Shown here: positions 7,705 through 14,578 of the stretch, piece by piece
Position numbering within the stretch: position 1 is the stretch's first letter
Layout of the letters: every line of letters starts with the position of its first letter
Assembly (NCBI GenBank): GCA_045862955.1
Contig: BTVI01000057.1
Span: 1 to 15,716, forward strand
Direction of reading: 5' to 3'
From: Fimbriimonadales bacterium
GTDB lineage: Bacteria; Armatimonadota; Fimbriimonadia; Fimbriimonadales; JABRVX01
Length of the DNA: 15,716 bases
The notes under the pieces: model-generated
Database searches by the model: none
What the model was told of the DNA's origin: nothing
What the model saw: only the letters and a program-made list of their open reading frames with translations
Program-made: the position numbers and the translations under genes

Positions 7705-10057
7705 GCAACTCATCCTTCGTCCAAGCGTCAACGATTGCCAGCCGACCCGGGCTCAGCCGGTAGTGCAGCCGAAATTGGTTGTCCCGGGCGCGAGCAGCCT
7801 CGATCTCGAAACGCCCCATCCTGCCTTCGGCTCCTGCGGCACGGCAGCGCACCTCGAGTACCAACGGTTCGTCTTCCACCCACGATATGAGATCCTCGTG
7901 TTCCTGACGCATAACCGAGAGCCCACCAAACGTGCACCGCGGTTCCGACTCGCCCTCCCTAGCCACACTGAGGCTGAACGGCAGCGCATTGTCGATCGCC
8001 ATGTCAGGGGTCCATAGGCTGCCCAGGACCACTGCCAGCATCTTGTCGTCCTTGTCACCCTTGCTCACGTCGGGCACACGCTGCTCGATCACGTCCGCGT
8101 CTTTCACTCGCTGCCCGTATGCGTCAGAGAACAGCTTGATACCGATAAGGCGGCGAAGATACGGGATGTGGGTATTACCGCCGACCGGAAGCACCAGGTC
8201 CACATCTACAGGCTCCACCGAAGCCGCATTGAAGATGTCGCGACGGATGGCAGTCTCGAGGGGTGGCCACAGGCGCTTTACGATGTCGTCAATGTCCTTG
8301 CGATACATCTTGATCTCTTCTTCCAAGTCATGCTCGTGCTTCTCTAGGGCTACCGCAGGGACATCGCTTCCGGTGTACGCAGGATTGCCATCCCGCTCGA
8401 CAAACTGCGAAAGCTCTTTCTTGACGTCCTCGCTCCTTCTCCTCAGGCGGGGGATCAGCGCCGGCTCGGACTTGAGCGCTGCGGGCCCAACGACACGCTC
8501 TAGCGCCTCCTGTACTAGCTTAGTCACCGTGTTGCCGCCGAGCACGCGACCCTCGCTATCGAGACCGAGTTGAGACATAACCTCGAATGCTAGCTTATCA
8601 GGTCCGTCGGCTCGGGCAATTCCCAGCACGACATCGGTAGTGCCTGACCCGCTGTCAATCACACACACCTTCACGCCATCGTGGAGACGACCGCGTATCT
8701 TCTCTATCTGGTCCCGAAGCTTCTCGCTGAAGCACCGACCTCGCAGGAAGTACCACGTTGCGGCTACGGGCTCGTATTCCACCGTAAACCACCTAGGATC
8801 ATCTGTCGGGAAGCCGGCGGCCTTTGCCGCGCGGAGCGTACGGGACTTCTGAAGCTCGTACAAGCGTCCTCGGTCAAGCACCGGCAAGGTGAACACGTAG
8901 TGCGTGGAGACCGTAACGTCACCCATCCGCGCGCGAACGGCGGCATCGATGCCCTGCTTCACCCAGCGAAGGTAATCTGCGAGCAGCCGGTCCACCGAAA
9001 ACTCCTCTGGATTGGAAAACCCCTTCTGCTGAGCGAGCGCCACGTACGGCTCCGCCTCTGGGTGCCCTGGTGGTAGTCGCAAGGGGCTCTTCAGGTCTGC
9101 GATGACGATGCCGAAAGCCTGATTAGGGTCTCGCTCGGCCTCCACTTCGGCCTCCCTACCGTAGTAACTGGCTCCGCCCAGCGTCCTGTAAATCATCGTA
9201 GGCTCGCGCAGCCGGTCCGGCGGAATAAAGTCAACCGACAGTTCCGGATTAGTCCCAGGAAGAGTATCCCGGATCGCCACTGAGGTATTCTGGGTCCCGA
9301 AGTCCACGCCTACGACGAACCGATACTCCGCTTTCGGCACCAGCCGAGGGATGCGATAAAGCTGCACGAGGGTCGGGGCGTCGGACCCTTCGACGCTAAA
9401 GCGAATCGCAGCGCTCGTTTCTTTAACTGGCGACGCGGGATTGATCGCGACCGTGAACTCCCGGCGCCCTTTTGCCATCAACGAAAAGAGGGCTTCGCGC
9501 GGCGTGACCTCATAGCCGAGAGGCACCTCCATGCGGCAGCTAACGGGTTCATCCCCAGTATTGGTCACCACGAACTTCCGCTTGTCCTCAAGCCGACGGA
9601 AAGGCAGAAACGTCGCGTCAGCAACGAGTCCTCCCGGCGTTCCGACGCGGATGTGCACTTCGAACTCTCCCACCCTGTCCCACGGCCTCTTCACCCACCA
9701 GTTCTCGCCCCTACGCGAGCCTGTGTCGGCGCGCACCGTGAATCGTACAACCCTGTCCTGGTAGAGAGGGGCGACATCAATCTGCAAATTGTCTTCGGCG
9801 CCTGGGTGCAGCAGGCGAAGCCCTGGGTTGGTGATCTCGACACTGTCGTCCTCTTCGCTGACATCTACGCTCGCAGGAGCCTGACCGGGGTTGCGGATTC
9901 GAAGCAGCCGACACTGCTGTTTTTCAGTCGGGACTTGCATCGAACTATCGAGCCACTCCACGTGAGCGCACGGGCGCCCGCACTCTGGACACCATCGCCA
10001 CGATGGTTTCAGAGTGGTTTCGCAATCGCCATCGCCGTGCAGTTCACCACACTTCAT
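7688..10057 (-). CDS. Atypical Hsp70/actin-fold ATPase (789 aa) with N-terminal Zn ribbon and two Ig-like domains and a reduced C-terminal substrate-binding region
   Basis: Hsp70 NBD motifs VVGVDFGTQNTSVA, YVFTLP, AAKAAGF, EPVAA, VIDSGSGTTDV, LGGNTVT, SEDVKKELS, VGGNTHIP and linker-like IDNALPFSLSV. The N-terminus has C..H....C / WCPECG and Ig-like strands (LRIRNPGQAP; FVVTNTGDEP). GAGGG RBS upstream. Confidence 0.92.
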   Translation of the reverse strand: MKCGELHGDGDCETTLKPSWRWCPECGRPCAHVEWLDSSMQVPTEKQQCRLLRIRNPGQAPASVDVSEEDDSVEITNPGLRLLHPGAEDNLQIDVAPLYQDRVVRFTVRADTGSRRGENWWVKRPWDRVGEFEVHIRVGTPGGLVADATFLPFRRLEDKRKFVVTNTGDEPVSCRMEVPLGYEVTPREALFSLMAKGRREFTVAINPASPVKETSAAIRFSVEGSDAPTLVQLYRIPRLVPKAEYRFVVGVDFGTQNTSVAIRDTLPGTNPELSVDFIPPDRLREPTMIYRTLGGASYYGREAEVEAERDPNQAFGIVIADLKSPLRLPPGHPEAEPYVALAQQKGFSNPEEFSVDRLLADYLRWVKQGIDAAVRARMGDVTVSTHYVFTLPVLDRGRLYELQKSRTLRAAKAAGFPTDDPRWFTVEYEPVAATWYFLRGRCFSEKLRDQIEKIRGRLHDGVKVCVIDSGSGTTDVVLGIARADGPDKLAFEVMSQLGLDSEGRVLGGNTVTKLVQEALERVVGPAALKSEPALIPRLRRRSEDVKKELSQFVERDGNPAYTGSDVPAVALEKHEHDLEEEIKMYRKDIDDIVKRLWPPLETAIRRDIFNAASVEPVDVDLVLPVGGNTHIPYLRRLIGIKLFSDAYGQRVKDADVIEQRVPDVSKGDKDDKMLAVVLGSLWTPDMAIDNALPFSLSVAREGESEPRCTFGGLSVMRQEHEDLISWVEDEPLVLEVRCRAAGAEGRMGRFEIEAARARDNQFRLHYRLSPGRLAIVDAWTKDELHAVEF

Positions 10058-10075
10058 CGTTGTCTGCCCTCAAAG

Positions 10076-10107
10076 AAACTACTCAGTTGACGACACTAGT
10101 CAACTCA
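10076..10107 (-). promoter_or_regulatory. Palindromic operator-like site overlapping a possible sigma70 promoter of the Hsp70-tubulin operon
   Basis: AGTTGAC-gacacta-GTCAACT at 10085-10105 is a perfect 7-bp inverted repeat. The minus strand reads TTGACT-16 nt-TAGTTT shortly before the RBS of the 10057 ATG. Confidence 0.45.
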
Positions 10108-10520
10108 ACGCGCTGGCGACAGCGTGCACCCGATGGGCACTAGGTCACTCTCCAGTGTCGCTGGGTAGCTTTGCCAGCGAAGATTCTCTTCTTCCAAGTA
10201 TGCGAGTTTCCTTCACCGAGTACAGTGGAAAACCTCTTGTGAAGCGATACGAGGCACTTCGGGGGTCACCACGACCCTCGACCGGTCTGCTCGAAGGGAA
10301 GGAGGGACGCCGCAGCGATCCCACTGACCGGGGTGGTGAGCTAAGGCACGAGGACCGCGTGCGCGGCTCCCCGGAACGGCGCCGCTTTTGCGTGCAGGGG
10401 CAGATGACACGTGCGAGGCGCAGGTGACGCCATCCGCAGGCCAGGGTCTCGTCGAGTTGCTCAGGTCCTGCTCAGGCCGTAGCCCAGCCGGGCTTTCGGC
10501 GCGGCTCATAGTACAGGCGT

Positions 10521-10548
10521 GGTCACGATAGTGGGCATTTGCGTGACC
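10521..10548 (+). other. 28-bp dif/lox-like tyrosine recombinase site (copy 1)
   Basis: GGTCACGATAG-TGGGCA-TTTGCGTGACC has 11-6-11 architecture with inverted GGTCACG/CGTGACC arms and sits 17 bp upstream of the recombinase start. Confidence 0.7.
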
Positions 10549-10565
10549 AAGAGGAGGTTCAGGCA

Positions 10566-11526
10566 GTGGCTAAGGAGCTTGCGCTGCGAGATGCGCCGTT
10601 TGGGGCGCCTGTCGCGGCCAAAGACGCGCCGGAGATGCTGCTTCGCACCAAGGGCGTAGCGAGGTCACACGCCTCGCCTACCGGCGCGTCCTGAGCCAGT
10701 TTTTCCGCTTCCACACCGGCTCTCCGCACACGCCACAGGCAGTTGCAGGGTTCCTTCGGCTGGACAGCGCAGGCGTCACCCGAGCGATGATGGCCTTCAA
10801 GATCGAGCAGCTGGAGCGCGGAGTAGCCGAGGTGACACTGAACCGCAGGCTGTCGCCAGTGCGATCGCTCATGCGGGTAGCGCGACAGCCTGGAATTACC
10901 GAGGTGAACCCGCACGGGCTGGTTCCCGGCGAGAAGGTGCAGCAGTACCGGGAGACTCGTGGAGTGCCGATGGAGACGCCCGCGTTGGTGCTCTCTCTTC
11001 CCGACACCACGACCGTCGAGCCAAACGCGACGCGACACTCATGTGGCTTCTCTGGGAGCTGGCTCTTCGACGAACCGAGGTGTGCAAGCTTCAGCGCACC
11101 GACTTCGACCCCGACGCTAAGACGCTCTCTGTGCATGGGAAGGGGAAGGGCACGGAGGCGGCGCTCATGACGCTGAGCGATCGGGCGGTACCAGCCAGCC
11201 ACGATTACCTGGCTACCAGCGCCGGCAACCACTCATAGCTCCTTCTCTCCTGCAACCGCTTCAAGGATGACCGTCACGAAGGGCTGAAGGACTGGACGGG
11301 CCTACACAACGTCGAGGAGTATGCGGAGCTCGCCGGGCTCGAGCGCTTCAGCCCGCACCGCTGGCGTCACACTAGCATCACGGCCTACCTGGTTGCCGCG
11401 GGCGGCGACGTTTGCGGCGCACGGAAGCTGAGCCGCCATAGCAAGCTGGAGACGCTGATGATCTACGACGACGCCCGCGAGGACCTCCAGGGAAGGGCAA
11501 CCAGGCTGCGGTCGGAGTTGGCGTAG
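10566..11526 (+). pseudogene. Tyrosine recombinase/integrase pseudogene (two frameshifts and one in-frame stop)
   Basis: GAGGAGG RBS then GTG 10566. Reconstructed: MAKELALRD...LLRTK / RSEVTRLAYRRVLSQFF...RGVAEVTLNRRLSPVRSL...GEKVQQYRETRGV...PDTTTVE / KRDATLMWLLWELALRRTEV...VHGKG...NHS*...FSPHRWRHTSIT...ARKLSRHSKLETLMIYDDAREDLQ. The catalytic R, K, HxxR, H and Y are recognisable. Frameshifts near 10653 and 11021; TAG at 11236-11238. Confidence 0.92.
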
Positions 11527-11632
11527 ACCACCACTGTAACGGAACCTCCGCGCGTGCCCCCACCGCTGGGGCCACCCCCCCGTATCACTGCGTGTTGGCA
11601 GAACTGCGTTGCCTCCTTGCCACAACCCCTTC

Positions 11633-11660
11633 GGTCACGGGAAGGTCCATTATCGTGACC
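11633..11660 (-). other. 28-bp dif/lox-like tyrosine recombinase site (copy 2)
   Basis: The reverse complement GGTCACGATAA-TGGACC-TTCCCGTGACC is 23/28 identical to copy 1. Confidence 0.7.
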
Positions 11661-11664
11661 AACT

Positions 11665-12335
11665 TCAGGGCACTCTGTCGCATGCGCCTCGTCTGGTCTC
11701 GGTCTGCCTGAAGCGGTCATCGCCAACTGCGTTTCTGACTCCCACTCGCTCAGCAAAGGTCGTGTAGCCGTCGAGGCGGATCGGCCTCATCACCTTCATC
11801 ACCAGCCGTGCCAGCTCCTCTAGACAGTGGTCGGCAACGGTACGTCCCTCCAGAACGGCGATTACTGCCTCCGCAAGAGCAGCTCTCAGTCCGTGCATTC
11901 CGTGGTAACGAAGCCAAGACCTTCGGATCCACTCCTCATCACGAGCGGCGTGGCCGTGCTGGGTTGCGAGGTACCACTCGCGGTGTTCGCTTAGGGGCTG
12001 GCGTGACTCGGCTACCTCGGGCAGTAGCTCCCAAGCGAGGTTCGCCATCCGCTGCGCTGTACCTTGGTCGGTAGCCGGCCCGCTCTTCTCACCTACCGGA
12101 TTGACGTGACAGCCGCTCCAGAACGCAACGCAAGCTGCTCGCTCACTGGGATCAGTACAGCGGTGGCCCGGCGTCGGGTCGTCGAAGTTACCGTATGGCA
12201 TCGTGCAGGCCGTCGCTGCAAAGAGGTGCGCCGCATACTCGGGGTGCATGGGCTTCGGCTTCTCGACTCTCGGTGCGGCAGCCGCTGCTCCAGACCCTCA
12301 AGACGCTTCTTCAGTGCAGAGCTAGCCCTTGCCAT
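11665..12335 (-). pseudogene. Hypothetical mobile-element protein, probably frameshifted (intact 194-aa 3' portion at 11665..12249)
   Basis: ATG 12335 overlaps the upstream gene end and gives MARASSALKKRLEGLEQRLP. A frame change near 12280 joins it to PRVEKPKPMHPEYAAHLF... (track ORF 11665..12249). No family recognised. Confidence 0.5.
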
Positions 12336-12717
12336 TGCGGTCCCCCGACCCGAGGCGCTGCTCTACGCTTGCGATCCTCGCTGTTAGCTCTAGCGTCTCG
12401 GCAAAGCCTGTGGAGTACTCGAGGATCGTCTTGTCAGCTCCTAGCTTCGCGTTCGGCGTGCCGTCCTTCATGAGACCGACCGACGTAACGACAGCTGCGC
12501 CCGCAGATGGTGCGAGCGAGCCGGCAGTCTCCCGGAACATCTGGTCGCGCAAGTCAGATACCTACCGCATGAACTCCGGGTCCTTCAGGTAGCGCTGTAA
12601 GGTCTTCTCGTTGACGCCTGCTATGGTTGCGGCATCGCGCATGGTCTTCCCGACGGCTAGGGCTGCGATGACCTCGGTTGCCCCCTCTCTTCCCGTTGGT
12701 CGGACATTCGCGGACAT
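12322..12717 (-). pseudogene. Small HTH plus helical protein resembling phage/satellite terminase-small-subunit-like proteins, with an internal TAG
   Basis: MSANVRPTGREGATEVIAALAVGKTMRDAATIAGVNEKTLQRYLKDPEFMR*VSDLRDQMFRETAGSLAPSAGAAVVTSVGLMKDGTPNAKLGADKTILEY...ELTARIASVEQRL. HTH pattern AA..AGV...T..R..KDPEF; in-frame stop at 12562-12564. Confidence 0.75.
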
Positions 12718-12727
12718 CAGAAGACAC

Positions 12728-13215
12728 CTACTTCTGCTCGTGTAGCGTGGGAGTGAGACCCAACCGCGAGAGACACTCCGACGCTAACCGCCACGTACTC
12801 GGGCTCGATCTCCATCGCGTAGCACTGCCTGCTCCGCCGCCACCAGCTGCGTGCCGCTTCCTGCTAACGACTCGTAGCACATCTTCCCCCGCTCCGTGTG
12901 CTGTAGCATCGGGATCTGGAACACGCCCACCGACTCGACGGTCGCGTGCTCGACGTCGTCATGGCCTGCCCCTCGATTCGGGAAGTCCCACACGGTCGTC
13001 GGATAGTCCTGAGCCTTTTCGGTGGATCGCTGCCTCTCACCCATTCGAAGAAGCAGGGCTCGTGCTTTGCCATGTACCAGGAGTAGTCGAGAACGGGAGC
13101 GGTCTTGTTCCAGATGGTCTGTTGGTGGAGAAAGGCGCCATGCCGCTACCACACCTGCTCGAGCATCACCTGGTTGCGCTGAGCATGCCAGCAGTACCAT
13201 GGAGCGTTGTCGCCG
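12728..13215 (-). pseudogene. C-terminal remnant of a phage-type N4/N6 DNA methyltransferase
   Basis: Joined frames: NAPWYCWHAQRNQVMLEQVW*RHGAFLHQQTIWNK...WYMAKHEPCFFEW...PTTVWDF...EHATVESVGVFQIPMLQHTERGKMCYESLAGSGTQLVAAEQ / CYAMEIEPEYVAV. These are decayed HPTxKPV, DPFxGSG and xxEIxPxY motifs. It has a stop, several frameshifts and no 5' part. Confidence 0.85.
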
Positions 13216-13655
13216 CGAGTTAGCTACTAGTGGGGTGAGTCCGAGGAGGCGGGGTTGGCAGGTCTGTTACATCCTCTCCGGCGTCCTAGGTCGTCCCCGG
13301 CCATCTGCTTGCCCGTAGCTACTAGGGAGAGGATCGGAGTTTCCGTTTCACCTCCCTTAGGGGAGGTACGCGGGCTCGGGCTTGGCGGCGGCCCACCCTG
13401 CCCTGCTTTCTGTGACCCCCAAAACCTGCGGAAGGCCAGAGGCCGCTGAAAACGCATTCTCGTGCGGAATTCAGTGGGTTTCTGCGTGAGAGGTCCGCAC
13501 CGCCTCGCCAACACCGCACATGCCCTGGGCGCAGGCAACAGAGACAGCCCGTGGCTACCTGCCCCGCAACACCGCTTCTGAGAGAGGGAGCCACCCGGCA
13601 GAGCAGCGCGCGAATAGGCACGGACTCCGATTCTGAGACGCTGGCTTGTTAGTTA

Positions 13656-13746
13656 CCGACACCCCGAGCGCGTGCGGAATCAACGCCTTCCTTCCTGAAT
13701 TCGATGTCGTGCCCAACCCGACACCCCGAGCGCGTGCGGAATCAAC
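13656..13746 (+). repeat. Two identical 29-bp direct repeats separated by a 33-bp unique spacer; type I-E CRISPR-like mini-array candidate
   Basis: CCGACACCCCGAGCGCGTGCGGAATCAAC at 13656-13684 and 13718-13746; spacer GCCTTCCTTCCTGAATTCGATGTCGTGCCCAAC. The repeat is certain; the CRISPR interpretation is tentative because there are no cas genes in the window. Confidence 0.85.
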
Positions 13747-13829
13747 CCCGTCGGGTCTTGTGCAGGGCTGCGTACCAGTGAATGCCTTTGGATTCGAGAA
13801 CCGCCGAGATTCGGCTCTCCGAAGTGTTC

Positions 13830-13876
13830 TGGGGCGGCGAACGGGTCTCGAACCCGCGACCCCCTGAGCCACAGTC
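13830..13876 (-). tRNA. 3' half of tRNA-His(GTG): a fragment, probably an att-site duplication
   Basis: The minus strand reads GA-CTGTGGC-TCAGG-GGGTC-GCGGG-TTCGAGA-CCCGT-TCGCCGC-C-CCA: anticodon loop with GTG, T arm, acceptor 3' strand, His-type C discriminator and CCA. The D arm, 5' acceptor strand and most of the 5' anticodon stem are absent (TCAGA where CCTGA is needed). Confidence 0.9.
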
Positions 13877-14063
13877 TGACCGGAGGTCGTCCACCGCGTC
13901 CAACTGCGCACCTCCACGTATGGCTTGGCACCAGTACTAGTCCACCGTGTGCGGCAGGTTCCACCGCATGCTGCGGCCCTGGCTGCCACACTGGCTGTCA
14001 GCCAGCGCGAGCCTCTGCCACGACGATGTCTTGGGAAGCCAGGCTGACGCCGTGGGAGCGACG

Positions 14064-14296
14064 TGTAGTCGCCGGAGGGAAAGTGGCCCGCTGGGTAGGA
14101 GCATAAGTGTGCTACGCCACTCGCGGGGTCTTCGGCTTCGGCATGGGATGGTAGGTTGTCACGGGTCTTGAGTTCGGTCTCAGGTCGTCAGGGATTGTGT
14201 CCCTTCTTGCTCTGGCTGAGGCGGTAGCTCTCGCGGTTCGTCTCCGGAATGTGTACGTATTGTCAGGCGGTCATTCAGGGCTTCGGTCAATGGGTT
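14064..14296 (-). mobile_element. IS21-family insertion sequence remnant (right end plus istB tail)
   Basis: TG-initiated end TGTAGTCGCCGGAGGGAAAGTGGCCC at 14064, with a second internal repeat-like GGAGCATAAGTGTGC, lies about 120 bp beyond the stop of an istB-like fragment. Confidence 0.7.
14188..14296 (-). pseudogene. istB: C-terminal fragment of the IS21 helper ATPase IstB
   Basis: NPLTEALNDRLT / YVHIPETNRESYRLSQSKKGHNP* compared with the typical IstB tail LTGALLDRLTHHVHILEMNGESYRL; frameshift at about 14261. Confidence 0.8.
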
Positions 14297-14578
14297 CTCG
14301 TTATCCTGCCCTCAGTCCCGCAAACCTGCACTGCGGCCGAACCTCGCGATTGCGTCGTCCGCGCCGGCGTACCGCACGTGGTTCACGGCGTCAGCCACCG
14401 TCGTCTGCGAATCGCGTGATCTATTTAGTAACACTCGTTGACAACTGAAGGCTGTCGCGTCGGTCGGCGTGCCATACTAGCAGGACTCCCCGGAAAGAGC
14501 ATCGAAAGGTGTGGAGAGCGTGTGCTTTGCCGACCGACGGTCCCGGGCACTTCGCACCTGTTGTGGAGGAGATCCCCT

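Larger units (their letters stand above)
10521..13829. mobile_element. Decayed integrative element (prophage or phage-satellite-like remnant) downstream of a tRNA-His att site
   Basis: Cluster of recombinase, HTH/TerS-like and MTase pseudogenes abutting a tRNA 3' fragment. Boundaries are approximate. Confidence 0.6.

Noticed and set aside
6028..10057. Housekeeping dnaK-grpE heat-shock operon
   Set aside because: Both proteins have extra domains and divergent motifs, no dnaJ or hrcA is visible, and the upstream palindrome is not CIRCE (TTAGCACTC-N9-GAGTGCTAA).
30..10090. Numerous plus-strand and alternative-frame ORFs in the track (e.g. 398..871, 1674..2240, 7932..8573)
   Set aside because: They are shadow ORFs overlapping long, motif-bearing minus-strand genes in GC-rich DNA and show no recognisable protein features.
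10213..10509. Short ORFs between the operon and the recombinase, including an EQLDETLACGWRH segment reminiscent of Arg/Leu-tRNA-protein transferase N-termini
   Set aside because: Only about a dozen residues resemble the family, and there is no coherent reading frame or RBS support.
11236..13149. Amber (TAG) recoding, since three mobile-element genes have in-frame TAG codons
   Set aside because: The integrase and MTase also carry frameshifts and degraded motifs, and TAG ends the intact Hsp70 gene. Ordinary decay explains it.
13221..13367. 10-bp direct repeat TAGCTACTAG (13221-13230, 13316-13325) and hairpin ACCTCCC-TTAG-GGGAGGT (13350-13367)
   Set aside because: Real but short. They could be origin or deletion-junction relics, but nothing in the sequence lets me assign a function.
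13796..13819. Hairpin (GCCGA-GAT-TCGGC) just downstream of the tRNA fragment as a terminator
   Set aside because: The stem is short and lacks a convincing U-tract, so it is not supportable as an intrinsic terminator.
13830..13910. Complete functional tRNA-His gene
   Set aside because: There is no 5' acceptor strand complementary to TCGCCGC at the right distance, no properly placed D arm, and the anticodon stem cannot fully pair.
13877..14060. Possible integrase C-terminal relic next to the att scar (minus strand ...MRWNLPHTVD*Y...AQLDAVDDL)
   Set aside because: The resemblance is too faint and there is no intact HxxR motif. It needs a BLASTx search.
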